Counted from the first letter of the stretch, positions 1 through 9,243 are shown. The stretch: DNA of 64,000 bases from an uncultured Bacteroidales bacterium (GCA_963771005.1 CAVYRO010000008.1:762102-826101), one strand, 5' to 3'. Made by a program: numbers and translations. Notes: generated by a model not told the origin, from the sequence alone.

Positions 1-950
1 AGAACACCGTGGAGGAGGGTCAGGAATTCGGGCACGATACCTTCAACGGAATCGGTTACAAAGACCTGGTTGCTGTAAAGCTGGATCTTGTTCTTCTGGA
101 TCTCGAAATTACTCTTTATTTTCGGGAAATAGAGGATGCCTGTGAGGGTGAATGGATAATCCACATTCAGATGGATGTTGAAGAGCGGCTCACCGCCCAT
201 GGGGTACAGTTCCTGGTAGAATTCTTTATACTGTTCATCGGTTACATCAACAGGTTTTTCGGTCCAGAGCGGTTTCGTGTTATTGATGATATTGTCCTTC
301 CCGGTCTCAATCTCTTTGCCGTCCTTCCATTCCTTCTCTTTTCCGAAAGCGATCTCCACGGGCAGAAATTTACAATATTTATTCAGGATTCCGCTGATCC
401 TGTCCTCCTCCAGGAATTCCTTCGATTCCTCATCGATATGGAGGACAATGTCGGTCCCGAAACTTTCCTTTTCCGTTTCTTCAATTGTGTATTCAGGGCT
501 CCCGTCACATACCCATTTGACGGCAGGTGATCCTTCCTTGTATGATTTTGTGACCACCTCGACCTTCCCGGATACCATGAAGGCCGAATAAAACCCGAGG
601 CCAAAATGGCCGATCAGGGCGTTGCCGGCATTCTTATATTTTGAGAGGAATTCTTCGGCGCTTGAGAAAGCGATCTGGTTGATATACTTTTCCACTTCTT
701 CGGAAGTCATCCCAATACCCCTGTCGGAAACCTTCAGTGTTTTTTTCTTTCGGTCGAGTTCCACCCGGATGGTCTGGTCTCCCAGTTCACCCTGGAATTC
801 CCCGAGTGAAGCAAGAGTCTTTAATTTTTGAGTCGCATCCACAGCATTTGAGATCAGCTCCCTGAGGAAGATCTCATGATCCGAGTACAGGAATTTTTTA
901 ATGATCGGAAAAATATTCTCGGTAGTTACATCGATTTTTCCCTTATGCAT
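1..950 (-). CDS. htpG: Molecular chaperone HtpG (Hsp90 family), N-terminal ~316 aa; the rest runs off the left window edge
   Basis: Absent from the ORF track because it is open at the window edge. My minus-strand translation from ATG 950..948 reads MHKGKIDVTTENIFPIIKKFLYSDHEIFLRELISNAVDATQKLK...VSDRGIGMT...GHFGLGFYSAFMV, which carries the GHKL ATPase motifs of HtpG. No stop occurs down to base 1. Confidence 0.9.
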   Translation of the reverse strand, partial: MHKGKIDVTTENIFPIIKKFLYSDHEIFLRELISNAVDATQKLKTLASLGEFQGELGDQTIRVELDRKKKTLKVSDRGIGMTSEEVEKYINQIAFSSAEEFLSKYKNAGNALIGHFGLGFYSAFMVSGKVEVVTKSYKEGSPAVKWVCDGSPEYTIEETEKESFGTDIVLHIDEESKEFLEEDRISGILNKYCKFLPVEIAFGKEKEWKDGKEIETGKDNIINNTKPLWTEKPVDVTDEQYKEFYQELYPMGGEPLFNIHLNVDYPFTLTGILYFPKIKSNFEIQKNKIQLYSNQVFVTDSVEGIVPEFLTLLHGV

Positions 951-1052
951 AGTCTTGAATTTTTAATATTAAACATTCGCGCATAGCCTTTCAAAGCCCG
1001 TGCCACAGGATAAGAACTGCCATTTCGACAGTGCAGGTCAGGCTGTCAGCGA

Positions 1053-1895
1053 TCAATAGTTCCGGGCATCCACATCCTTCTCCAGGATGAATTTCCCGTC
1101 ATCGAAAGTAAGACCGTCGAATGATCCGTCAGGGTTATAGAACCGGTAATTGCCCTCGAGTATGGGTTGCATGGGCTCCAGGTGATCGAAAACGATCATA
1201 TCGAGATGCGGATTGTATCGTAAGGATATGACCACATCGGCAGAATATTCGAGGATGAACCTGTCGGTTCTTTTTTTATCGAGAACAAAATTGCCGCCAA
1301 AGACAGGTTCTCCTTTCCGGTCGAAGGTAAGAACATCGAGGAGTTTCTTTTGTGAGAACCGGGACGGATATTCATAGCCGAAAAGGACGTACCAGGTATT
1401 TTTTCTTTTCCTGAAAGAATGGATACCATAGCAGAGATAACCGAGCCAGTTGGAAGTATCGGATTGCACTACGGTCTCCGGGTTTTTAACATCCCGGTGC
1501 CGGTCAGTGAGCCCGAACACTTCAACCTCCTGTTTCTTTTTCCTGTTGCCTGTGAGATGCTGGATAAGCCCGTAGTAATGATATTCCGGGCCAGCGCTTT
1601 CAAGATACCATGTAAAGACCCTGACACGGTTGTCGGGTGAACGGAAGTTACCCACGTACTTAAGTTTGTCCCAGTTATAAAAGAAGCTGTCCCAGGAGGA
1701 GAGAGCAGAGCTGAGGTGATTCAAAAGTATTTCGTTCAGGGAATCCCTTTCCGGTGAATCGGGAAGTGAAAATAATCTTTCGAACCCGGATGAAATTTCC
1801 ATTTCCGTATTCGTCACCTTTGCAAAGTCAGGCTCCTGTGTAAAAGACCATATAGAAAGAAGACCAAAAAGGAGAATAAAAGAAATTTTCTTCAC
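1053..1895 (-). CDS. Exported protein of unknown function (280 aa)
   Basis: Intact ORF with GTG start. The N-terminus MKKISFILLFGLLSIWSFTQ looks like a signal peptide. I recognise no family motif. Confidence 0.6.
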   Translation of the reverse strand: MKKISFILLFGLLSIWSFTQEPDFAKVTNTEMEISSGFERLFSLPDSPERDSLNEILLNHLSSALSSWDSFFYNWDKLKYVGNFRSPDNRVRVFTWYLESAGPEYHYYGLIQHLTGNRKKKQEVEVFGLTDRHRDVKNPETVVQSDTSNWLGYLCYGIHSFRKRKNTWYVLFGYEYPSRFSQKKLLDVLTFDRKGEPVFGGNFVLDKKRTDRFILEYSADVVISLRYNPHLDMIVFDHLEPMQPILEGNYRFYNPDGSFDGLTFDDGKFILEKDVDARNY

Positions 1896-1933
1896 TGCAT
1901 TCCTATTTTGAAGAGAACGGGGATTTATGCCGA

Positions 1934-3127
1934 TTATTGGTTTTCAGCTGCCGAAATTGCTTCATTGATCATCCGGCATGACTCGCCGATCTCCTCATCT
2001 GTTATATTGAGAGGGGGTGAAATTCTGACAGCCGTTTCGCAGAACAGGAACCAATCTGTCACAAATCCCGCCTTCAGACCTTCCTCAACCACACGGTGCA
2101 TTAATTCCTTGCTCCCCAGTTCAACGGCAAGGAGAAGTCCCTCTCCCCTGATCTCTTTTACAGACGGGTGAGTCAGCCCTTGCCGGAAAAGTTTTTCTTT
2201 ACGCAGGACATCCCCGGTGAGCTTATCCCGGAGAATGATTCTCAGGGTTTCCAGCCCTGCCGCACATGAGACAGGATGTCCGCCAAAAGTGGTAATATGT
2301 CCTAAAACGGGATGATCTGAAAGGACTGACATTCTCTCCCTGGAAGCAATGAATGCTCCGAGGGGCATTCCTCCACCGAGTCCCTTGGCCAGGACGAGGA
2401 TATCGGGAACGGCGCCGGATTTCATAAATCCAAAAAGCTCTCCTGTCCTTGCAAAGGCTGTCTGGATTTCATCAAATACGAGAAGCGTGCCGGTTTGTGT
2501 GCACCGTTCACGTAGCGCCTTGAGAAATCCTTTGGCAGCAGGGATGACCCCTGCCTCGGCCTGCATCACCTCGGCCACCACACACGCAGTAGATGATGTA
2601 ATCTCACGTAGATCTTCGAATTTGTTGAATCCCAGCATACGCACACCGGGAAGGAGGGGCCGGAAAGGGGTTTTGAAATTCTCATCGCCGAGAATGCTGA
2701 GAGCACCCTGGGTACTCCCGTGATAGGCATGGCGGAAGGAAATTATTTCGTATCTGCCCGTTACCTTCTTGGCCAGTTTCATTGCCCCCTCGACAGCTTC
2801 TGCTCCGCTGTTGACAAAATAAACACTATCCAGTTGGGGGGGAAGAAGGTCTGACAGCAGGTGAGCGTATTCCACCTGCGGGGATTGGATAAATTCCCCG
2901 TAAACCATTACGTGCATGTGGCGGTCGACCTGTTCTTTCACAGCGCGAAGGATCTCCGGATGGCCATGTCCGAGGGCGGATACATTTACCCCCGAGATCA
3001 GGTCCATATACCGTTTATTTCCGGGGCCGTAAAGAAATATTCCTTTTGCCGATACTATTTCAATCAGCATTGGTGATGGTGAAGTCTGGGCGATATGGTT
3101 CAGGAAGAGGAACCGGCTGGAGACCAT
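1934..3127 (-). CDS. Class-III PLP-dependent aminotransferase (acetylornithine/ornithine aminotransferase-like)
   Basis: 397 aa. Motifs seen are ALGHGHP, DEIQTAFARTGELFGF and the PLP-lysine context VLAKGLGGGMPLGAF. Substrate cannot be assigned from sequence alone. Confidence 0.85.
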   Translation of the reverse strand: MVSSRFLFLNHIAQTSPSPMLIEIVSAKGIFLYGPGNKRYMDLISGVNVSALGHGHPEILRAVKEQVDRHMHVMVYGEFIQSPQVEYAHLLSDLLPPQLDSVYFVNSGAEAVEGAMKLAKKVTGRYEIISFRHAYHGSTQGALSILGDENFKTPFRPLLPGVRMLGFNKFEDLREITSSTACVVAEVMQAEAGVIPAAKGFLKALRERCTQTGTLLVFDEIQTAFARTGELFGFMKSGAVPDILVLAKGLGGGMPLGAFIASRERMSVLSDHPVLGHITTFGGHPVSCAAGLETLRIILRDKLTGDVLRKEKLFRQGLTHPSVKEIRGEGLLLAVELGSKELMHRVVEEGLKAGFVTDWFLFCETAVRISPPLNITDEEIGESCRMINEAISAAENQ

Positions 3128-3147
3128 TTCAGGAATAAATTACATAT

Positions 3148-3855
3148 CTATTTGATGATCAAATTGATATCCTTCATTAATTTTTCCTTGTATGATTTAC
3201 CGATGGGTATGCTTTTGGAACCGTCGTCTGTCTTAACAATAACAGAATTATCTTCAATGACATCGATACTGCTGGTATTGACGATATAGGAGCGGTGCAC
3301 CCTCGTGAATTTGGCGGCAGGAAGTTTCTGCTCAATGGCCTTCATGGTAAAGTGAATGGTATACTTTTCTTTGAAGGTATTGAATATCACGTAATTTTCA
3401 AGGGCTTCCACCCAGAGTATATCTTCGTATTTCAGCCGGACGAGGGTTGAGTTCTTCTTGATAAAAATCTCATCCTTACCGAGAACGTTCATTTTGTTCC
3501 TTTCGAAACGGGCGGTGGCTTTATCCACTGCTTTATAAAACCTGGAGTAGGTAACGGGCTTGAGCAGATAGTCGGTTACATCATATTCAAAGGCATCGAT
3601 TGCGTACTTGCCCTTGGATGAAAAAATAATGATCTGCGGGGGATTCTTCAATGAATTGAGAAAATCGATGCCGCTCATTTCCGGCATTTCGATATCCAAA
3701 AAGATCAACTCTATATCGTCGTCCTTCTTCATGACATTTATCGCCTCAACCGCATCTGAGAATGAATATCTCAGTACCAATCCCTCTGTCTTTTTAATGA
3801 ATTCTTCGAGAATTCTCCGCGACAGCTTATCGTCATCAATGATTATACAATTCAT
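3148..3855 (-). CDS. LytTR-family two-component response regulator (REC + LytTR DNA-binding domain)
   Basis: 235 aa. The N-terminal receiver has IIIDDD...ELIFLDIEMPEMSG...LLKP. The C-terminal part has FTRVHRSYIVN, typical of LytTR domains. Confidence 0.9.
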   Translation of the reverse strand: MNCIIIDDDKLSRRILEEFIKKTEGLVLRYSFSDAVEAINVMKKDDDIELIFLDIEMPEMSGIDFLNSLKNPPQIIIFSSKGKYAIDAFEYDVTDYLLKPVTYSRFYKAVDKATARFERNKMNVLGKDEIFIKKNSTLVRLKYEDILWVEALENYVIFNTFKEKYTIHFTMKAIEQKLPAAKFTRVHRSYIVNTSSIDVIEDNSVIVKTDDGSKSIPIGKSYKEKLMKDINLIIK

Positions 3856-3974
3856 TAAGTTCCCTTTTAATGGAGAAGAAAATAAATTTGATCAACAGTA
3901 TAAACTGTTTGGTCAAAGATAGAAAATTATACGGATTTTCAATAAGCGGGTTTCAATTTTAACGACAGGTTCGA

Positions 3975-4643
3975 TTAATTTTTATTTTTTAAAAATTGTC
4001 GTTCAATAAATTGAATGTCTTTAATGGATTTCCGGAGCCATTGCAATTTCAATTGCTTTTTTTCTTCGGGGGTGAATTTCCAGTTTATATCCGAAGCCTG
4101 GAGACGGCATATGAGATCCTGGAGGACAAGGGCTGCTGCTACTGATATATTATAGCTTTCGGTGAAACCGAAGAGCGGAATGCGTATGAATTCATCGGCA
4201 TTTTTTTCAAGGGTAGCGGATATCCCCGTGAGTTCGGTCCCGAAAAAGAGGGCGGCCCTGCCCTTATGGAGGTCAAAATCCGGCAGGGAGGCATCCCGGC
4301 TGTGGGGGCTTGTGGCCACGATACGGTAACCCTGGGATCTCAGTTGATTTATGGCGGCCATGGTATTGTCTTCACCGGTGCTATAGCTGTGAACGGTAAG
4401 CCATTTTTGCGCCCCGAGCGCCACCTCGCTGTCCATTTTGAAATTATGGCTGTTCTCAATGATATGGATATCCTGTATCCCGAAGCAGTCGCAAGTTCTG
4501 ACCACGGCGCTGGCATTTTGTGACTGGTAAATATCTTCCAGCGCCACAGTAAGATATCTGGTCCTGAATTCCAGCACCTTATCGAAACGTGCGATGCGTT
4601 CAGGAGTGACTAAGCCCGAGAGATACCTTATCAGATCATCCAT
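3975..4643 (-). CDS. trmH: SpoU/TrmH-family tRNA (guanosine-2'-O)-methyltransferase
   Basis: 222 aa. It is colinear with E. coli TrmH as I recall it: NASAVVRTCDCFG, LFFGTELTGIS, IPLFGFTESYNISVAAALVL (SPOUT knot motifs). Confidence 0.8.
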   Translation of the reverse strand: MDDLIRYLSGLVTPERIARFDKVLEFRTRYLTVALEDIYQSQNASAVVRTCDCFGIQDIHIIENSHNFKMDSEVALGAQKWLTVHSYSTGEDNTMAAINQLRSQGYRIVATSPHSRDASLPDFDLHKGRAALFFGTELTGISATLEKNADEFIRIPLFGFTESYNISVAAALVLQDLICRLQASDINWKFTPEEKKQLKLQWLRKSIKDIQFIERQFLKNKN

Positions 4644-4656
4644 GGGTCACATCTGC

Positions 4657-4686
4657 AAAAAAAAAGGGAGCAATGGTGGCTCCCTT
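4657..4686 (-). terminator. Rho-independent terminator downstream of hup
   Basis: The minus strand reads gaagggagc-caccatt-gctccctt followed by a run of nine T. It lies directly after the hup stop. Confidence 0.7.
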
Positions 4687-4706
4687 CAAGGCAGGACAAA
4701 TATTTT

Positions 4707-4979
4707 TTATTGAACAGCGTCACCCAGTTCGCTGCCTGCTTTAAATTTAACCACTTTTTTAGCACCAATGGTAATGGGAGCACCAGTTTGAGGATTTCTA
4801 CCGGTTCTTGAGTTTCTACCCGTAACTGAGAATGAACCAAAACCTACCAGTGCAACGCGATCACCTTTTTTGAGGGCACCGGTTGTAGTTTTAACGAAAG
4901 CATCCAAAGCTCTTTTAGCATCAGCTTTTGTCAGATTAGCCTCGGCAGCAATTGCATCGATTAATTGTGCTTTGTTCAT
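4707..4979 (-). CDS. hup: HU-family DNA-binding protein
   Basis: 90 aa: [11 protein letters not shown]...[27 protein letters not shown], the canonical HU/IHF fold signature. Confidence 0.95.
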   Translation of the reverse strand: MNKAQLIDAIAAEANLTKADAKRALDAFVKTTTGALKKGDRVALVGFGSFSVTGRNSRTGRNPQTGAPITIGAKKVVKFKAGSELGDAVQ

Positions 4980-5027
4980 AATAAAAAATTTTTAGGGTTA
5001 GTAATCATTAAAGTGTCAAATCGTATA

Positions 5028-5058
5028 CAAATATAGAGTATTTCTGATGTTTAGCAAA
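5028..5058 (-). promoter_or_regulatory. Bacteroidota-type sigma-A promoter for hup (-33 TTTG, -7 TAnnTTTG)
   Basis: The minus strand has TTTG (5058..5055), exactly 19 nt, then TATATTTG (5035..5028). This is about 48 nt upstream of the hup ATG. It matches the published Bacteroides consensus and spacing. Confidence 0.55.
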
Positions 5059-5235
5059 TTTCGGGGTAAAAAAATGCGGTTTTGTTGATAAAAGGACCGA
5101 TTTCTACCGGAAAAAGGGCTTAAATGCCGGTCTGACTGGTGTTGCGAAGGAATTATGAGGGCAAAAACAGAGTTGCGGGATCGGGAATCGAGATTATGAT
5201 TGTGAAGGAAATTAATAGGAGTTTAGGAGGAATTT

Positions 5236-5369
5236 GGTGATTTGGTGATTTGGTGATTTGGTGATTTGGTGATTGGTGAGAGGAAGAGGAAGAGGAAGAG
5301 GAACACGGATTTGACGGATTTGTGCGGATAATCACGGAGCTAATCTGTGATAATCTGTGAAATCTGTGG
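5236..5369. repeat. Intergenic short-word tandem repeats (ggtgattt x5; gaggaa x4; acggatt words; aatctgtga x3)
   Basis: Read directly: ggtgatttggtgatttggtgatttggtgatttggtgatt, gaggaagaggaagaggaagaggaa, cacggatttgacggatttgtgcggataatcacgg, taatctgtgataatctgtgaaatctgtgg. Confidence 0.9.
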
Positions 5370-5427
5370 TTAAACTCCCGGAATCCACCTGAGAAACCAT
5401 CTCAAACCATCTTCAATTAAACCCGCG

Positions 5428-5558
5428 GTGTTCTACATTCATGTTGCGCACCTACGGAGCGCTGGGACGCGCATTCATATTAAGCTATCGATATCAGCCA
5501 CCTACGGAGGCTTCCCGAACAAACTATCTGATTATTCGAACCTGAAACAACATCAAAC
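5428..5558 (+). repeat. Conserved 131-nt 'head' element, copy A (noncoding; candidate structured RNA or recombination/mobile-element end)
   Basis: Aligns to the reverse complement of 23740..23871 with 4 substitutions plus one t/ac length change. It contains two GC-clamped hairpins with the identical loop ACCTACGGA. Confidence 0.85.
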
Positions 5559-6006
5559 CATTCAAACCATTTCAAACCATCTCAAACCATTTCAAACCAT
5601 TTCAAACCATCTCAAACCATCTCAAACCATTTCAAACCATTTCAAACCATTTCAAACCATCTCAAACCATCTCAAACCATTTCAAACCATTTCAAACCAT
5701 CTCAAACCATCTCAAACCATCTCAAACCATTTCAAACCATTTCAAACCATTTCAAACCATTCAAACCATCTCTCAAACCATTTCAAACCATCTCAAACCA
5801 TTTCAAACCATCTCAAACCATTTCAAACCATTTCAAACCATTCAAACCATTTCAAACCATCTCAAACCATTCAAACCATTTCAAACCATCTCAAACCATT
5901 CAAACCATCAAACCATTTCAAACCATTTCAAACCATTTCAAACCATTTCAAACCATCTCAAACCATTTCAAACAATCCTCAAACAATCCTCAAACCATCT
6001 GAAACC
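5546..6006 (+). repeat. 10-bp tandem array A, about 46 units (ttcaaaccat / ctcaaaccat)
   Basis: The direct tandem decamers are visible as column-aligned text in the sequence. There are occasional 7-9-nt units, and the last units change to caaacaatcct. Confidence 0.95.
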
Positions 6007-6010
6007 TATT

Positions 6011-8797
6011 CTAAAATTTCCTTTTAGACACTTCATACTCCATTTCCTGATATCCGATTTCGCCTTTGTCTGAAATTGCTTCGATTACAACTTCCATTTT
6101 TCCCGTATAGTCAGCATTGTAAAATGAAGTGGAAGCCTTGCCCAAATTGTCGACCCTAAGTTTAGGCTCCCAGTGCACCAGGGCACGTAAATCCGGTTTA
6201 AACCAGTCTTCCGTCTTAAGATTTGGGTACTTCGGTTCATAAAATTCACGGGATGCAGAGAACACCGGAACAGCGGTTTTCAGGATACCTATGGTACGTA
6301 TAACCCCGGAAAGCCCTTTTCCTGCATACGTATATATTGCAATAACATTCCCTGTTTTTGAACCCGGCTCAAGCAACCAATTCATATAATTTTCAGGAAG
6401 TACTTTACTATAAAGCTCTCTAAAATTTTTGGCATTCTCAATTACTTCGAAACTTTTGACTTCACCGGGTGGGATGTTTGGAATGAGCGGGTAGTCATCA
6501 AACATAACCGGGATCCCGTCAATCACAATAAAGGTAGGGTCGGGATTATTCGCCCAGGCGTATAAAGTACCATCCGAATCTCTTATTATTCTCACTTTGT
6601 CAGGGAAATTGAATAAAAGGACGCTGTATAAGCCATACGACCATTTTTCTTCTCTTGCCTGAATGGTTTCTCCCTCGATAACTTCATCCGGCTTGCCGTA
6701 CTCATCAGCCATTTTCTTTCTTGCAGGGGTCATATTGTAACCCTGAACCGTTACTTCATCCAAAAAAATAGTCCCTTTTGATAAGGGAAAGGCTTCATCC
6801 ACCTTTTTACGTTCAATGTTCTTTTCAACAAAGGCATCGACCACACTGTCGGGTTTTTCTATTGAATTGACATGGTTAAAAGAAATCGCCGGTGATTCTT
6901 TTTTATCCAGTGTGATGGTACATTCTTTTTTCTTACCGGCCTTATTCGTACTCTGGATCATAATGTTCACGTTCTGTCCGTATTCATCATTCACATCAAA
7001 ACTAAACCTGCCCAGGCTGTCCACCTTTTCCACCTGAACCGAATGGTTATGCCCAAAAGTCATCAGGGTTAACTCTATATCATTTTTCCGCTTTTCCCGG
7101 TTAATTGCCTCCTTCACTGTTCCTGTGACGGTAAGCATGGCCTCAGGTGGGTACCTGATCCTATCCCTCGGATGGGTGTAATTGTACTTTCGCCAACCCT
7201 GGGTAAGTAACAGAGCGTCCAGGTCGCTGAAACGGTCTTCATCCTGAGCGAAATAATACCCGGGATTTTCAATATCCCCTTTTAAATCGGAATTCACCAG
7301 GAAATACGACAATATGTGTTGGCGTGTATCCTGCATTTCTCCCATTTGTGCTTTGTTCAGCACAAGCACCGATACGTTGGCGTTTACCGGATTTCCCGCT
7401 TTATCCGTGGTTTCAATAGCAAGTTTGGTCGGCTCGCGCTGTTCGTAAATATCCTTGTCGGATGAAATTGCAATATTGATCCGGCTTTCCGGCCTCTCAT
7501 TAAAATAGAGCCTCTCTGCAACGGGTTCCATTTGTTTGTTCATCATGGTAAAGGCAATGATGCCTTCCGGCAGCGAATTTGAGGGCAGCAAAAACGCCAG
7601 GTTACCTCTGTCTGGGTGGCCTTTTATGCTGTAGTAAGCAACTCCCCGGCAGGAGGCCCAAATCGTTATGCTGTCATTTTGCTGGTCGTTCGAAGAAGCC
7701 TTCACACTTATCCTGTTCCCGTCCTTTCTAACAGACAATACATTTCCTTTGAGAGCAACCTTGGGCAGAGGATACATTTTTGAAATCCCTTTTTCCGGAA
7801 CAGGCATAAGCCTCGCTGAGTAAATTGCATTGGGATCCGCATCGGTTATCGTAAAAGTTCCCATACCCAATTCATTGCTCTTGAACAAGGTGATCACCTC
7901 ACCTCTCCCGTTGACGATTTCACCTTCCACTTTCCTCCCCTTACCGCTGTAGTCCAACGCTTTGAAGCCGACCACACTTTGTAATCCCTGAACCAGTTCC
8001 CCGCTTTCAGGGAAAAATTGCAAATCGAGGTAATCTTTATCCAGTACGATCGTTTTGGAAAAACTCAAATGGTTTTTTGTCTCCATTTGAAGTGTGACAA
8101 ACCGGCAGGTATCCGGCAGAGCATAATTTAGCAGGTATTGATCCTCCTTGTTTTTCATTATGGCGATCGTATCTCTCCTGTCCTCGAAAGACAATATCAG
8201 AGTCAGGGCCTTTTTGTGAAGGCTGTCGATCGCAAAAGGGTTTAGCGTTGCCTCAAGACGGCGTTCCTGGCTCGGCTCCCTGACCAGCGTAACATTTGCT
8301 ATCGGGGTTGGTTTTGGATAGGTCGTAGATGCAAATACCCGGATATACTCCTTATAGAAAAAGTCGTTCCCGAAATTTTTATCCCATTGCGTATAAGCCC
8401 TGACCAGGTAAGTTCCTTCGATATAATTTGGTTGTAGCTGAAAAAAACCGTCTCCAATTCCCTTTTCAAGCTTGACTATTTTTTTTTCAACGATGCTTTC
8501 ATCGGGACCGATCAATTCCACATAAAGTACACCGCTTAATCCAGTGGGGACATGGTCGGCAGCACCGGCAACAATTGCCTTGAACCAGATGCTTTCATCC
8601 GTAGTGTAGGCCTTGCTGTCCAGTTGCAGGTAGATTTTCTCGGCCAAAGAAGCATTCGGGAACAGGTGGGAGGGCTGTGCCAAACACGGTATTGTCAGGA
8701 TAACAGGCAGGATCAATACTAAGAACTGCTTTCTTCGAAGGCGATATTTCGGATGAATGGTTTTCATTCCCGATTTTATACAGGTTCCGGGTCCCAT
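6011..8797 (-). CDS. Large exported protein, function unknown; macroglobulin(MG2)-like N-terminal region and a TonB-plug-like segment
   Basis: 928-aa intact ORF. The start is more likely the ATG at 8767 (MKTIHPKYRLRRKQFLVLILPVILTIPCLAQ signal peptide). The domain guesses come from residue patterns only, e.g. LDEVTVQGYN...FIVIDGIPV. Confidence 0.6.
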   Translation of the reverse strand: MGPGTCIKSGMKTIHPKYRLRRKQFLVLILPVILTIPCLAQPSHLFPNASLAEKIYLQLDSKAYTTDESIWFKAIVAGAADHVPTGLSGVLYVELIGPDESIVEKKIVKLEKGIGDGFFQLQPNYIEGTYLVRAYTQWDKNFGNDFFYKEYIRVFASTTYPKPTPIANVTLVREPSQERRLEATLNPFAIDSLHKKALTLILSFEDRRDTIAIMKNKEDQYLLNYALPDTCRFVTLQMETKNHLSFSKTIVLDKDYLDLQFFPESGELVQGLQSVVGFKALDYSGKGRKVEGEIVNGRGEVITLFKSNELGMGTFTITDADPNAIYSARLMPVPEKGISKMYPLPKVALKGNVLSVRKDGNRISVKASSNDQQNDSITIWASCRGVAYYSIKGHPDRGNLAFLLPSNSLPEGIIAFTMMNKQMEPVAERLYFNERPESRINIAISSDKDIYEQREPTKLAIETTDKAGNPVNANVSVLVLNKAQMGEMQDTRQHILSYFLVNSDLKGDIENPGYYFAQDEDRFSDLDALLLTQGWRKYNYTHPRDRIRYPPEAMLTVTGTVKEAINREKRKNDIELTLMTFGHNHSVQVEKVDSLGRFSFDVNDEYGQNVNIMIQSTNKAGKKKECTITLDKKESPAISFNHVNSIEKPDSVVDAFVEKNIERKKVDEAFPLSKGTIFLDEVTVQGYNMTPARKKMADEYGKPDEVIEGETIQAREEKWSYGLYSVLLFNFPDKVRIIRDSDGTLYAWANNPDPTFIVIDGIPVMFDDYPLIPNIPPGEVKSFEVIENAKNFRELYSKVLPENYMNWLLEPGSKTGNVIAIYTYAGKGLSGVIRTIGILKTAVPVFSASREFYEPKYPNLKTEDWFKPDLRALVHWEPKLRVDNLGKASTSFYNADYTGKMEVVIEAISDKGEIGYQEMEYEVSKRKF

Positions 8798-9230
8798 AAT
8801 TTTTAGGATTGATGATCTTTACCTGTTAATTTCTATAATCCTCAGTTTGCATTCTTCGCAGAGCTATCCCCTAAACGTCGGGAGCTTGGGAAGGCCTATA
8901 TACATATTACTGGGTATTCCAATTTAATCATCGTTTCTGATAAAATTTGCCAGATTAAAATAAAAATTTTAAAATTTCCGTCACAGGCCGCAAATTCCCT
9001 GGCCTGTGCCTTTATGTGATGGGGCTTCAGCCCAAAGAGATTCACCGGCGTTCATAGTCTCCATCCCTGTATTTACCTCCTCAAAAACTTGAATCTACTA
9101 CTTTCTACGCTCTACCTGATTGATGATATCTGCAAAAAATCAATCCCATCAATCTTCCATCAAACATCCTCACCTCTCCTCTTATCATTCAAAAATTAAA
9201 AGCCGCCATTTTCAATTAAAAAAAATATAG

Positions 9231-9238
9231 TACTTTTG
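9231..9238 (+). promoter_or_regulatory. Candidate -7 box (TACTTTTG = TAnnTTTG) for tRNA-Ser
   Basis: The motif ends 5 nt before the first tRNA base. The -33 position has only TTTC, so support is partial. Confidence 0.35.
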
Positions 9239-9243
9239 CGCCC

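Noticed and set aside
5153-5335. The 60-aa ORF (SSSSSSSHQSPNHQITKSPNHQ). The same applies to ORFs 21210..21401 and 21232..21492 (FAFLLSP repeats) and 23768..24070.
   Set aside because: These are translations of short-word tandem repeats and GC hairpins. They are low-complexity and have no start context.
5449-5512. The motif CCTACGGAGGC resembles the 16S rRNA region around E. coli position 341 (CCTACGGGAGGCAGCAG).
   Set aside because: Only about 11 nt are similar, with an indel. There is no other rRNA-like sequence around it, so this is a chance resemblance.
5428-6027. The 199-aa ORF here, and the 150-aa ORF at 23419..23871, sharing the N-terminus MFYIHVAHLRSAGTRIHI.LSISATYGGFPNK as a conserved protein.
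   Set aside because: The two copies differ by a 1-nt length change after which DNA similarity persists but the reading frame does not. The rest of each ORF is a 10-bp repeat read in all three frames (SNHLKPFQTI...). Both start at GTG. The conservation is nucleotide-level.
8479-8487. An A9 homopolymer (on the coding strand) inside the 928-aa gene, as a phase-variation switch.
   Set aside because: The ORF is intact in this sequence and the run encodes an ordinary EKKI stretch. Nine A's in an AT-leaning genome is not unusual.
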